The position numbers were made by a program, and so were the translations under genes. Shown piece by piece: positions 45,225 through 55,047 of a stretch of 64,000 nt of DNA. The stretch is from the NCBI GenBank assembly GCA_039809485.1, contig JBDHVE010000030.1, positions 1,752-65,751 on the forward strand, in the 5' to 3' direction. The notes beneath the pieces are model-generated. The model was given only the letters and a program-made list of their open reading frames with translations. It searched no databases and was not told the origin of the DNA. Numbering within the stretch: position 1 is the first letter of the stretch; every line of letters starts with the position of its first letter. Source of the stretch: Polyangiaceae bacterium (GTDB lineage: Bacteria > Myxococcota_A > Polyangia > Polyangiales > Polyangiaceae).

Positions 45225-46175
45225 TCAGCGCAGCACGATCAAGAGAAGCCCCACGTAGACGGCGGGAAACACGATCGCACCGATCTTGTCGAGCCGCCGG
45301 TGCGCCTGCTCCTTCCCGGCGTAGTGGAGGGCGAGCGCCGCGACCGTCGTGAGGAGCGAGACCGCGATCATCCCGAGGCTCGTGAACACGGTCTTGTCCG
45401 TGAACGTCGCGTACTCGAGCTCGGGGAGCTGCGCGTTGATCGCCACCGTGCCCGCCGCCGCGGCGAAGAGCGCACCGACCGACGCCGACACCCGCGGGCT
45501 CGCGTCCTTCGGCCGGATGAAGAACGCGCACCACGCGACGATGACCGCGATGAAGAGCGGGAACGTCGACTTCACGAAGAGCGCGTTGCTCTTCCGCGTC
45601 GCCCACACGCGCGCGACGTAGCGGCTGTAGCGCGCCTCCGCGTTCACCGCGATCGACGTGTCGCCGTAGTTCGAAGGATAGAGGTGGTCGTTCACCTCCG
45701 ACTCGAACGTGTCGATCCGCCAACCGGAGACGGCGACGTTCGGGTCGACGCCGCCCGTGGTGTCCGCGACGAAGACACCGCGCGCGACGTCGAGCTCCGA
45801 GTCCTCGATCACGATCTCGAGCGGATGCTTGTCGAACGGGTAACGGCGCAGATCGAAGACGCGCTGGATCGTCGCGTTCACGCGCGCGGCCGCGTACTCG
45901 TTGCCGTCGGGCAGCGTCTTCTTGATCAGGTTGGTCTTCGAGTTGATGCGCCCGCCGATCAGCTCGAAGCTGTCGATCGGGCTCGGGCCGAGCCGCGGCG
46001 CGAAGCGGAACCAGATCCAGAAGTCGATCGTGAAGGTGCCGCCCTTCAGATCGACCCCGTTCACCTGATCGACGTAGACGCCGACCGTCGTCTTGTCCGG
46101 CGCCGCCGCCGAAGCGCGCCCGGACGTGAGGAGGAGGACGAGAGCGGCCAGCGCGGCGACGACAAAACGAGTCAC
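45225..46175 (-). CDS. Bacterial pentameric ligand-gated ion channel (GLIC/ELIC-like)
   Basis: Signal peptide; VGVYVDQV.GVDLK..TFTIDFWIW; DLRRYPFD Pro-loop; SGW; four TM helices with PR-M2-LPE and D at M3. Confidence 0.85.
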   Translation of the reverse strand: MTRFVVAALAALVLLLTSGRASAAAPDKTTVGVYVDQVNGVDLKGGTFTIDFWIWFRFAPRLGPSPIDSFELIGGRINSKTNLIKKTLPDGNEYAAARVNATIQRVFDLRRYPFDKHPLEIVIEDSELDVARGVFVADTTGGVDPNVAVSGWRIDTFESEVNDHLYPSNYGDTSIAVNAEARYSRYVARVWATRKSNALFVKSTFPLFIAVIVAWCAFFIRPKDASPRVSASVGALFAAAAGTVAINAQLPELEYATFTDKTVFTSLGMIAVSLLTTVAALALHYAGKEQAHRRLDKIGAIVFPAVYVGLLLIVLR

Positions 46176-46221
46176 TGTGCCGCAGGCTACGAGGTCGGAA
46201 AGCGCGCGTGCAAGTCGGCGC

Positions 46222-46530
46222 CTACTGACGCGCGACCGCGCCGCCGGCGACCGCCGCGAACACGTAGACGAGCACCCAGACGATGAAGCGAGACCGATCC
46301 TTCGTGCGCGCGGGCAAGGTCGTCGGCGTCGCCTCCGCCACGGCGCGATCGAGCGCATTCCAGCCCTGGTACATCGCAATCCACGCGATGCACGGGACGA
46401 GGAGGCCGATCCACGAGAGCACCACGGTGCCGCCACCGTAGTGTGGCGAGCGCCGCGCGATGCGCCCCGTCGCGAGATAGGCGACGAGGGAGATGATCCA
46501 GAACCCCGCCCCGACCATCTTCGTCTCCAT
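46222..46530 (-). CDS. Small hypothetical membrane protein
   Basis: Three hydrophobic segments; co-oriented with neighbours. Confidence 0.55.
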   Translation of the reverse strand: METKMVGAGFWIISLVAYLATGRIARRSPHYGGGTVVLSWIGLLVPCIAWIAMYQGWNALDRAVAEATPTTLPARTKDRSRFIVWVLVYVFAAVAGGAVARQ

Positions 46531-46548
46531 GACGGCGAAGCGTAGCGG

Positions 46549-47529
46549 TCACGCCGCGTCCGCGAAATACTCCTCGACCCGACGATGCGCCGCGCGTCCG
46601 AGCCTCGCCACCTCGGCATCGGAGGGCGGGGAGAGCTGCGGCGGGAGCCCCGCCGTCGAGCCGGTGTGGAGCGCCGCGCGCATCTCGGCGTCGACGCGCG
46701 CGCGCTCACCCGCAGACAACCGTGCGCGGAGCCAGCGCTGCATCCGGAGCGAGACGGCAGCGTGACGAACCTCGTCGGTCGCGATCTGCGCGAACGCGGC
46801 GCGGACGACGGGATCGAGGGCCGCCTCCGCGATGTGGAGCCCGACGGCGGCGCCGAGGAGCTCGCGCCCGCAGCCCTCGCGCGCGTTCTCGAGCGCGATG
46901 TCGAGGAGCGTCCGCGGCGCGATGGCCTCGACGCACGGCACGAGCGGCTCCTTCCCGAAGCGCCGCGCGAGCGACGAGGCGATTGCCGCGTGACGGACCT
47001 CGTCGCGCTCGGCGCGCCGGAGGGCACGGACGAGGCTCGCCGGAGCGCGGTGGGCGCGGAGCTCGCGCGCGAGCTGCGCGAAGGCATGCGCCGCGGCGGC
47101 CTCGTGGTACGCCATCACCGCGAAATGGGCGCCGAGATCGTCGCCTGCGCGCGGCGGCGCGACGAGCCCCTCAGGCCGGCGACCGTCGACGGCGCAGCCG
47201 CTCCCGCACCAGACCTCTGGATAGGTCGTCGTGAGGCCCGAGACATAGCAGGAGGGCACGCTCTGCCCGCACAGCTGCGCGCACTCGGTGGACGACGGCG
47301 CCGTCGGACACTGCGCGGCCTCCCCGACGATCTTCCGGCGGTACGTCCGGCACGGGCCGGCATCGCCGACGTCGCCCTCGACCTCGCAGCCGGGCAGTCC
47401 CGATTCGACGGCGCCCCCGCACGCGACGACGGTGGCGATCGCGATCGCGGACGACGTCGACGCCGCGAGCAGCATGCGAAGCACCGGGCCGAGGGTGCGT
47501 GCGTTCCCGAGATTCGTCGACTTCGACAT
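46549..47529 (-). CDS. Myxobacterial ferritin-like domain exported protein
   Basis: Cys-rich N-part, DGRRPEGL, HEAAAAHAF, DEVRH twice, ENAREGC..E di-metal-type motifs. Confidence 0.82.
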   Translation of the reverse strand: MSKSTNLGNARTLGPVLRMLLAASTSSAIAIATVVACGGAVESGLPGCEVEGDVGDAGPCRTYRRKIVGEAAQCPTAPSSTECAQLCGQSVPSCYVSGLTTTYPEVWCGSGCAVDGRRPEGLVAPPRAGDDLGAHFAVMAYHEAAAAHAFAQLARELRAHRAPASLVRALRRAERDEVRHAAIASSLARRFGKEPLVPCVEAIAPRTLLDIALENAREGCGRELLGAAVGLHIAEAALDPVVRAAFAQIATDEVRHAAVSLRMQRWLRARLSAGERARVDAEMRAALHTGSTAGLPPQLSPPSDAEVARLGRAAHRRVEEYFADAA

Positions 47530-47704
47530 CGACCGCGCTCTCAGCAACGACCGGGCCACGCGCGAAATCCCTTTGCGGCGCGCGGCCAGCTCATCCAGAG
47601 CCTGATCGTGGTGTCGTGGAATCGCGCGCGCAATCCGGGCGTTCGAGCCCGAAAGGCGACACGATCGGCGCCCTGCGGTACACATCCGAGGCCGAGAAAA
47701 TCCC

Positions 47705-49645
47705 GTGAAGCGCGTCCTCACCGCCACGCTCGCCGCCCTCGCGGCGTGCTCTCCGTCGCCACCTCCGGCCGGGACCGCGAACGCGCCCGCCCCTGCGCCG
47801 AAGGCAGCAACGCTCGCGGACGCAGCGGCGTCCGAGGGTGCCGCGGCCGCGCCGGTGAAGACGCGCGCCGCCGCGCGCCCCGAGCCTCGCTGCGAGGAGG
47901 CGAAGGACGTCGTCCTCTTCGTGAGCCCGCGCGCGCCGGCGGTGGGCACGCCCGTCCACGTCCTCGCCGTGAGCGAGCGCCCGATCGCGGGCGAGCTCCG
48001 CCTCCGGAGCGCGAAGGGAGAAGGGACGGTCGCGACGACGACGAGCATCCACGGCGGCCCGCCGTACTTCCTGGCGCTCGAGACGAAGCTCGATGCGCCG
48101 ACCTCGCTCGTCGCCGAGCTCGTGCAGAGCGCATGCGCGGCCGATGCGAAGCCGATGACGTCGCGCGTCGACGTCGCGCGGCGCGGCACGTCCACGCTGC
48201 CCGCCCCGGAAGCCACGGTGTGGAAGGCGCGCTCCGGATGGAACCGGCGGATGGAGAATCTGTACTCTGCATGGGTCGAGGTCCTCTTCGACGCGCCCGA
48301 CGGCGAGATGCCGAGCTGGCCTGCGCTCCACGAAGTGCTCCGCGATCCGTCGCGGAACGCGCTCTTCGACCACCTCGGGGCCGGCGAGGACGCGGCGCCC
48401 AACGCGCCCGTCGTCCGTCCCGACTGCGCCGACCTCCCCTACACGCTCCGCGCGTACTTCGCGTGGAAGCTCGGGCTGCCGTTCGGCGTGGGCACCTGCA
48501 ACCGCGGCGGCGGCGGACAGCCGCCTTCGTGCAAGGGCCTCCTCACGAACGAGACGGCGCCGGTGAAGAGCAGCGGAAGCGGCGTCGCGACCTTCGGCAC
48601 CTTCGTCCGCGGGACGCTCGCCGATCGCGCACACTCCGGTTCGGCCCGCGCGCCGTTCGACGAGCCCGAGTCCGACTACTACGGCGTCCCCGTCACGTGG
48701 GAGAGCCTCCGCCCCGGCACCGTCTACGCCGATCCGTACGGCCACGTCCTCGTCGTCGCGAAGCGGATCCCGCAGACGGAGACGCACGGCGGAACGCTCC
48801 TCGCCGTCGACGGCCAGCCGGACGGCACCGTCGCGCGCAAGCGCTTCTGGCGCGGCAACTTCCTCTTCGCGACCGAGCGCGAGCTCGGGAGCCCGGGGTG
48901 GAAGCGCTTCCGCCCGCTCGTCCGTCGTGGCGAAGGGCTCGCGCGTCTCGACGACGCGTCGATCGCCAAGCATCCCGACTACGGCGACGTCTCGCACGAG
49001 TCGGCGAAGCTCGACGTCGAGGGCTTCTACGACCGGATGGAGGACGTGCTCTCGCCCGAGCCGCTCGATCCGGAGCGTGCGATGCTCGAGACGATCGGCG
49101 CGCTCGAGGAGCAGGTGCGCACGCGCGTGAAGTCGGTCGACAACGGTCGGAAGTGGCTCGAGAAGAAGGAGCCCCCCGCACCGATGCCGGACGGTCCGGA
49201 GATCTTCGAGACGACCGGCCCGTGGGAGGACTTCTCGACGCCGTCGCGCGATCTCCGCCTCCTCATCGCCGTCGACGTCGCGCGCGGCTTCCCTGCCCGC
49301 GTCGAGCGGCGACCTGCGCGCTACGCGATGCCGGAGGGGAAGACGCCGGCGCAGGTGAAGCAGGCGCTCGAAGAGCGCCTCGCGCGCGAGCTCGCCTCGC
49401 GCTCCGTCTCGTACACACGGACGGACGGCTCGTCGTTCCCCCTCACGCTCGCCGAGGTCGTGAAGCGCGCGCCGCTCCTCGAGACCGCGTACGATCCGAA
49501 CGACTGCGTCGAGACGCGGTGGGGCGCGGCGCCCGGCTCGGACGAGGCGAGCACGTGCAGAGCGCAGGCGCCGGCCGACCAGCGCGTGCGGATGGAGCAG
49601 TACCGCGCGTGGTTCCGCGATCGGAAACGTCCGCCGCGGAAGTAG
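47705..49645 (+). CDS. Large hypothetical lipoprotein, possible Cys-His hydrolase
   Basis: LAAC lipobox; DCADLPYTLRAYFAWK and PGTVYADPYGHVLVV motifs. Confidence 0.75.
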   Translation: MKRVLTATLAALAACSPSPPPAGTANAPAPAPKAATLADAAASEGAAAAPVKTRAAARPEPRCEEAKDVVLFVSPRAPAVGTPVHVLAVSERPIAGELRLRSAKGEGTVATTTSIHGGPPYFLALETKLDAPTSLVAELVQSACAADAKPMTSRVDVARRGTSTLPAPEATVWKARSGWNRRMENLYSAWVEVLFDAPDGEMPSWPALHEVLRDPSRNALFDHLGAGEDAAPNAPVVRPDCADLPYTLRAYFAWKLGLPFGVGTCNRGGGGQPPSCKGLLTNETAPVKSSGSGVATFGTFVRGTLADRAHSGSARAPFDEPESDYYGVPVTWESLRPGTVYADPYGHVLVVAKRIPQTETHGGTLLAVDGQPDGTVARKRFWRGNFLFATERELGSPGWKRFRPLVRRGEGLARLDDASIAKHPDYGDVSHESAKLDVEGFYDRMEDVLSPEPLDPERAMLETIGALEEQVRTRVKSVDNGRKWLEKKEPPAPMPDGPEIFETTGPWEDFSTPSRDLRLLIAVDVARGFPARVERRPARYAMPEGKTPAQVKQALEERLARELASRSVSYTRTDGSSFPLTLAEVVKRAPLLETAYDPNDCVETRWGAAPGSDEASTCRAQAPADQRVRMEQYRAWFRDRKRPPRK

Positions 49646-50065
49646 TCATGGCTTCGCGAGGCGCTTCCCGTCCGTGAGCGAGACGTCCTCGTACTCGTAC
49701 CAGTTGCCGCTCGCGGCATCGATGACGAGCGGTACGAGCCCGGTGAGGATCCCGAGGACGACCCAACCTGCGCCGACGAAGCGACGCGCAGGCAACTGCG
49801 TGACGGTGCCTCCCGACGTGACGCGCACGGTACGCGGTGGGTCGCTCACGGAGAGGAGCACGGTGTCGGTGGGAGGACGCCGAGGCGTGAGCGGCTTCGT
49901 CCTCTCGACGGCAATCCCGTCGGCGGTCTCGACGACGGCGTCCGTGGGAAGCCCCTCGATCCGCATCGAGCTCGTGTTGCCCTTCAGGATCGTCGCGCAG
50001 CCCGCGTTGGTGAGAGCGAGGACGAGCACGAGCGATCGCAACACGAAGCGAGGGTAGGAATGCAT
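49646..50065 (-). CDS. Small lipoprotein
   Basis: NAGC-ATI lipobox pattern; C-terminal hydrophobic GWVVLG...IDAASGNWY. Confidence 0.65.
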   Translation of the reverse strand: MHSYPRFVLRSLVLVLALTNAGCATILKGNTSSMRIEGLPTDAVVETADGIAVERTKPLTPRRPPTDTVLLSVSDPPRTVRVTSGGTVTQLPARRFVGAGWVVLGILTGLVPLVIDAASGNWYEYEDVSLTDGKRLAKP

Positions 50066-50254
50066 GAGCGGCGCGCTCGTGCAGCACCGGTGCCAAGGCG
50101 AGAGTCCGCTCGATTTCACCGGACCGGCGCGCGCGGGTGAGAACGCGCTACCACGACACGGGTGAGGAGCCGCGTTCTCGCTCGTCGACTACGAACGATC
50201 CGATCGTGATCACCCCCCACGCGCTCGCGGAGACGCGGATGTGCCTCGGGCGAG

Positions 50255-50923
50255 ATGGAAACGCTGCGTCTCGCGTGGCATGACCGGCGCGTGCGAACGA
50301 TCCTCGCCCTCAGCTTCTTCGCCGTCGCGTGCAGCGGAGCGACCTCGAAAGTCGACCCGCAGGCCGACCCGCCCGGGGTGCCGGCGCAGACCACGAATCC
50401 GACGACGCCGCCCCCCGATCCGACGTCGGCGCCGAGCGCTCCCGGTGTCGACGCGGGTTCGCCCGCCGACGCGAGCACACCGCTCGAGGTCCACGATCGC
50501 GCGGCGCCCGAGTGCCACGACCTCACGCAGCGAGCGACGATGGTGGTGACGAAGACGAGCCAGGGCTCTCCGCCCGAGGGGACGCCGCTGACGACACCAC
50601 CGTCGGGGCTCTACGTCGCGACCGAGCTCGTCGAATGGGAGTTGCCGCAGGGCGCGCCTCCGTCCGATCCGCCTTCCCGCACGACCGTCTTCGTCACGCC
50701 GAAGAAGTGGTACTACCTCACCGAGACGGCGAGCGCGCGAGACGTCGTCACCGCGAGCTGGCGCCTCGAGGACGGTTGGCTCGTGCGCGATGCGCTCTGC
50801 CGGAGCGACAGCACAGGCCTCGCGTCCTATGACCAGCCGGTCTACGCGTCGCCGAACGGGTTCACCGTCGTCGCGTCCTCGCGCAAGGGCAATCCCCTCA
50901 CGGTCCGCTACGAGAAACGCTGA
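50255..50923 (+). CDS. Hypothetical lipoprotein
   Basis: AVAC lipobox, Pro-rich linker; start may be GTG at 50291. Confidence 0.65.
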   Translation: METLRLAWHDRRVRTILALSFFAVACSGATSKVDPQADPPGVPAQTTNPTTPPPDPTSAPSAPGVDAGSPADASTPLEVHDRAAPECHDLTQRATMVVTKTSQGSPPEGTPLTTPPSGLYVATELVEWELPQGAPPSDPPSRTTVFVTPKKWYYLTETASARDVVTASWRLEDGWLVRDALCRSDSTGLASYDQPVYASPNGFTVVASSRKGNPLTVRYEKR

Positions 50924-50964
50924 CGCCTCGGTCTCCAGCGTGTGCTGGAGACCGAAGCAGGCCG

Positions 50965-51831
50965 TCACTTGTGCGGCTGGACGATGATCTCGACGCGACG
51001 GTTGTTCGCGCGGCCTTCCGCGCTCTTGTTGTCGGCGACGGGGCGGTCCGGCCCGATGCCCACCGCCTTGATCCGGTCGGCGGCGACGCCGCGCGCGACG
51101 AGCTGGTCGCGCACCGCGTCCGCCCGCTTCTGCGCGAGGTTCATGTTGTAGTCGCGCTGGCCCTGCGAGTCGGTGTGGCCCTCGACCGTGATGTTCGCGT
51201 CGGGGTTGCCCTTGATGAGGGCCTCGGCGACCTCGTTCAGCTTGATGATCGCCGCCGGGAGCAGGGTCGCCTCGTTCGACGCGAAGAGCACGCCGCCCGA
51301 GAGGGTGATGACCATGCCGCGCTGCTCCTGCTTCACGCTGGCGATCTTCTGGAGATCGGCGAGCGCCTGCGCGGCCTTCTTCTCGGCCTCTTCGCGGGCA
51401 GCCTTCTCGCGCGCGAGCTGGTCCTGCGTCTTCTCGAGGTTCGACTTCGTGCTCTGCAGCTCGCCGCGCGCGCGCGAGAGCTGATCGTCACGGAGGTTCG
51501 ACGCCTCGCGCTCGGCCGCGTCCTTGTCCTTCGCGGCGAGCGCCGCGCGGGCCGAGGCCTCCGCGAGCTGCGCCTTGCGGATCGCGATGTACGCGAAGTC
51601 CTTCGTCGGGGCGGAGTCGCCCTCGTCGTTGAACGAGCGCTCCGCCTGGTCGAGCGCCTGCTTCGCGACGTGGAGCTCCGCGGGGCTCTGCTGCGCAGCA
51701 GGGCCCTTGGCGGCGGTCTGGTACGCCGCGCGCGCGTCGACGAGCTCCTTCGGCGGAAGGGTGCTGCCGCATGCGACGACGAGCGACGCGAGGACGAGGG
51801 AAGACGAACGGATCCCGAACCTTTTCAGCAT
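50965..51831 (-). CDS. OmpA-family lipoprotein with DUF4398-like N-terminal domain
   Basis: VVAC lipobox, coiled coil, VLFAS, VEGHTDSQG, NMNLAQKRA, NNRRVEI. Confidence 0.92.
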   Translation of the reverse strand: MLKRFGIRSSSLVLASLVVACGSTLPPKELVDARAAYQTAAKGPAAQQSPAELHVAKQALDQAERSFNDEGDSAPTKDFAYIAIRKAQLAEASARAALAAKDKDAAEREASNLRDDQLSRARGELQSTKSNLEKTQDQLAREKAAREEAEKKAAQALADLQKIASVKQEQRGMVITLSGGVLFASNEATLLPAAIIKLNEVAEALIKGNPDANITVEGHTDSQGQRDYNMNLAQKRADAVRDQLVARGVAADRIKAVGIGPDRPVADNKSAEGRANNRRVEIIVQPHK

Positions 51832-51839
51832 CGTGCTCC

Positions 51840-52220
51840 TCACTTCCCGTTCTTCATCGACTTGAGCTTCTCCTGCGCCTTCTCGGCCTCGCCCCTCGCG
51901 TTGTGCTCCTTCGCGAGCATGACGGAGAGCTCGGCGTCGGAGCCGGCGCGCTGGAGGACGAGGTCGGCGCGCTTGTTGTCGCCGTCGGCCATCAGCTTCT
52001 TCGCCGCTTCGATTTGCTCCTGGGCGAGCTTGAGGTGGAGAGCGGCCTTCGGCTCGCGCTCGGCGCCGAGCTCACGCGCGCTGCGCGACGCGGCTTCCGC
52101 GCTCGCGAGACGGTCGGAGGGCGGAGGCAGGCTGCTGCCACAAGCGGAGACCGCGATGCCGAGCGCCGACGCGCTGGCGAACAGAGCGAGATTCGTCCGG
52201 ATGTTCACGGCGCCGAGCAT
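51840..52220 (-). CDS. DUF4398-like lipoprotein
   Basis: VSAC lipobox; A.ELGA...A..HLKLAQEQ...A..D; stop abuts the OmpA gene RBS. Confidence 0.8.
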   Translation of the reverse strand: MLGAVNIRTNLALFASASALGIAVSACGSSLPPPSDRLASAEAASRSARELGAEREPKAALHLKLAQEQIEAAKKLMADGDNKRADLVLQRAGSDAELSVMLAKEHNARGEAEKAQEKLKSMKNGK

Positions 52221-52271
52221 ACCGCACCTCATTCCTCGGGCGGAAGAAGGCTTCCGCCCTGTTCGACGGGT

Positions 52272-52583
52272 TCAGCGCTTCTTGCCCGTCAGGAGCTTGT
52301 CGATCAGGTCCTTCGAATACGCATTCAGCTCGCGGAAGACGACGCCCATGCCGTCCTTCTCGACGCGGACGACCTCGCCGACCCCCTCGATCGTCTCGAT
52401 GTCATCCATGATCACGGTGAAGCGCAGGTTCACGCGCGTTCCGACCGGGAGCGGGTTCTGCGCACGGATGAAGACGCCCGTGCGCGAGATGTTCGTCACG
52501 TACTCCTGGATGAACGCGTCGAACGACTCGAACTCCTTGTTGATCGTGACGCGCTCGTCGGCTCGCTTCTCGTCGCTGCTCAT
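52272..52583 (-). CDS. Single-domain PilZ protein (myxobacterial type)
   Basis: RADER (RxxxR), NISRTG ([D/N]xSxxG), GMGVVF. Confidence 0.88.
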   Translation of the reverse strand: MSSDEKRADERVTINKEFESFDAFIQEYVTNISRTGVFIRAQNPLPVGTRVNLRFTVIMDDIETIEGVGEVVRVEKDGMGVVFRELNAYSKDLIDKLLTGKKR

Positions 52584-52593
52584 CGACGGCGCC

Positions 52594-55047
52594 TCACTTG
52601 CCTTGGATGTCGAACTGTTCGAGGTGGTACTCCTTGCGCGGCGTCACGAGGATCTTCCGCATGAAGCGGTTCTCCGCCTCCTGGAGCGCGGCCTTTTCCG
52701 TGCCGTTCAGGACGTCCGCGACCGCGGGGTGCGCGTTCACGACCACGGAGTAGCCGGGGAGCGTGCTCTTCTTCCGCCGGATCTCGCGGAGGATCTCGTA
52801 GGCGATCGTCTCCTTCGACTGCAGCTGGCCGGTGCCGTCGCAGTAGAAGCAGGGCTCGTGCATGAGCCGGCCGAGGCTCTCGCGCGTGCGCTTGCGCGTC
52901 ATCTCGATGAGGCCGAGGTCCGAGATGCGGTTGAGCGTCGTCTTCGCCTTGTCCTTCTGGAGCAGCTCCTCGAGGGTCCTCCGGACCTTCTCGCGATTGG
53001 AGTGCTTCTCCATGTCGATGAGGTCGAGGATGATGAGGCCGCCGATGTTCCGGAAGCGGAGCTGGTAGGCGATCTCGTTGACGGCCTCGAGGTTGGTCTT
53101 GAGGATCGTCTCCTCCATGTCCTTCGAGCCCTTGCCGACGAACCGACCCGTGTTGACGTCGATCGCGGTGAGCGCCTCGGCCTGATCGATGATCAGGTAG
53201 CCGCCCGAGGGCAACGGCACCTTGCGGGAGAGCGCCCGACCGATCTCGTCCTCGATCCCGTACTCGTCGAAGATCGGCTCGTCCTCGTCGTAGAACTTCA
53301 CGTCCTTGATGCGGTCGGGCGCGAACATCTCGACGAAGCGGATGAGCCGCTCGTACTGCTGCTTGTCGTCGATGACGACCTCGTCGACCTCGTCGGTGAA
53401 GAGGTCGCGCGCGACCTTGAGGACGAGATCCAGCTCGCTGGAGAGCAGGTAGGGCGCGCGCGTGTTCTGTTCACGCTTCTTCGCGATCTCGCCCCAGAGG
53501 CGGACGAGATAGCCCACGTCCTGCTTGAGCTGCTTCTTCGTGAGGCCCTCGGCCACCGTGCGCACGATGAGGCCACCGTGCGGCGGCTTCATGCTCTCGA
53601 TCGTCTCGCGGAGACGTGCGCGCTCGCGGTCCGAGCCGATGCGCTTCGAGACGCCGACGTGATCGACCGTCGGCAGGTACACGACGTAGCGGCCCGGCAG
53701 CGAGACGTGGCTCGAGCAGCGCGCGCCCTTCGTGCCGATCGGATCCTTCGTGACCTGGACGATGATGTCCTGGCCCTCCTTGACGACGTCGCGGATCGGC
53801 GTGGTCTTGGAGATGCGCCCCGGGAGCGACGTGTTGCGGCTGCCGCGACCACGATCGCCGCCGCGACCTTCACGGCCGCCCTCGCGACCGCCGCGGCCTT
53901 CGCGGCCGCCGCGCTCGCTGCGTCCCTGCTCGCCGCCGCGCGCTTCGGCGCCGCCGCTCCGGCCACGCCGCCGCCGACGACGACCACCACGCTCGCGATC
54001 GGCGGCGACCCGCGCCGGCGCGGGCGCGCGCGGGACGGGCTCACCGGGATCCGAGATCGTGAAGCCCGGGAGGTCGCCCTCCGGGAGATCGTCGTCTTCC
54101 TCGTCCTCGTCGGCGCCGGCGGCCACGAGGGTCTCGTCGCTCGTCGCCGCTTCGGGCACGGGCGTATCGATCGCGTCCTCGTCCTCGTCGTCTTCCTCGT
54201 CCTCGTCGTCCTCGCCGGGCAGCTCGTCCAGCGTGGGCGCGGAGCTCGTCGCCCGCGGGCTCACGTCGGAGAGGTCGTCGAGCGAGCCCGTCGGCTCCGG
54301 GATCGGCAGCTCTGCATAGGAGCCGGGCGACGACGGAAGCGCGCCGCTCAGGTCCCGACCACTCTCGAGCGCCGCGACGATCGGCGGCGGAACGGAGCTG
54401 CTCCGCGGACTCGGCTCGGCGTCCTCGCTCGCGACCGCGACCTCGTCGCCGCCGAGCGCACGCTTCACCGTCGTCGAACCGTTCGCGCGGCGCGGTCCGT
54501 CCTTCGACTTGAGGGGCGGGAGCGGCCAGTTCGGGTACGAGACCGTCGTCTCGAGATCCTCGGTCGCCGCCGCCGGAGGCGACGAGTCGGTCGCCTCCTC
54601 GCCCTCCTCGCTCGGCGCGACGGAGACGACGGGTCCGTCGGGATCGCCGGCGACCTCGAGGATCGCGCTCGGCTCGTCCTTGATCGCCTCGGGGAGGAGC
54701 GACGCGTTCGGCACCTCGACGACGTCTTCGTCCCCTTCGTCCTCGCTCTCGCCCTCGGCGCGCTCGCCGCGGGCGAGCTTTCGGCCGCCGGCGAGGTACT
54801 CGTCGAAGTCGTCGGGACGGATCAGGTCTTCGACATGGAGGAACGCCGCGCGCTCCTGCCCGATGTCGATGAACGCCGCCTGGAGCCCGGGAAGGACACG
54901 GGTGACCTTGCCGAGGTAGACGTTGCCGACCGTGCTCGACTGCCGGCCCTTACGTTCGATGTGGAGCTCGGCGATGATGCCGTTTTCGATCAGCGCCGCG
55001 CGGGTTTCGCGGATGTCACAAGAGATGACGAGGATGTTCTTGGCCAT
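52594..55047 (-). CDS. rng: Rne/Rng-family ribonuclease with a large S1-domain insertion
   Basis: GNVYLGKVTRVLPGLQAAFIDIG, QVTKDPIGTKGAR, GGYLII...IDVNTG, IILDLIDM, IEMTRKR, CFYCDGTG; no C-terminal scaffold. Confidence 0.93.
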   Translation of the reverse strand: MAKNILVISCDIRETRAALIENGIIAELHIERKGRQSSTVGNVYLGKVTRVLPGLQAAFIDIGQERAAFLHVEDLIRPDDFDEYLAGGRKLARGERAEGESEDEGDEDVVEVPNASLLPEAIKDEPSAILEVAGDPDGPVVSVAPSEEGEEATDSSPPAAATEDLETTVSYPNWPLPPLKSKDGPRRANGSTTVKRALGGDEVAVASEDAEPSPRSSSVPPPIVAALESGRDLSGALPSSPGSYAELPIPEPTGSLDDLSDVSPRATSSAPTLDELPGEDDEDEEDDEDEDAIDTPVPEAATSDETLVAAGADEDEEDDDLPEGDLPGFTISDPGEPVPRAPAPARVAADRERGGRRRRRRGRSGGAEARGGEQGRSERGGREGRGGREGGREGRGGDRGRGSRNTSLPGRISKTTPIRDVVKEGQDIIVQVTKDPIGTKGARCSSHVSLPGRYVVYLPTVDHVGVSKRIGSDRERARLRETIESMKPPHGGLIVRTVAEGLTKKQLKQDVGYLVRLWGEIAKKREQNTRAPYLLSSELDLVLKVARDLFTDEVDEVVIDDKQQYERLIRFVEMFAPDRIKDVKFYDEDEPIFDEYGIEDEIGRALSRKVPLPSGGYLIIDQAEALTAIDVNTGRFVGKGSKDMEETILKTNLEAVNEIAYQLRFRNIGGLIILDLIDMEKHSNREKVRRTLEELLQKDKAKTTLNRISDLGLIEMTRKRTRESLGRLMHEPCFYCDGTGQLQSKETIAYEILREIRRKKSTLPGYSVVVNAHPAVADVLNGTEKAALQEAENRFMRKILVTPRKEYHLEQFDIQGK

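Noticed and set aside
40260-50923. Genomic island integrated at tRNA-Ser(CGA)
   Set aside because: Downstream genes look accessory, but I found no integrase, no repeat of the tRNA 3' end, and no visible GC shift.
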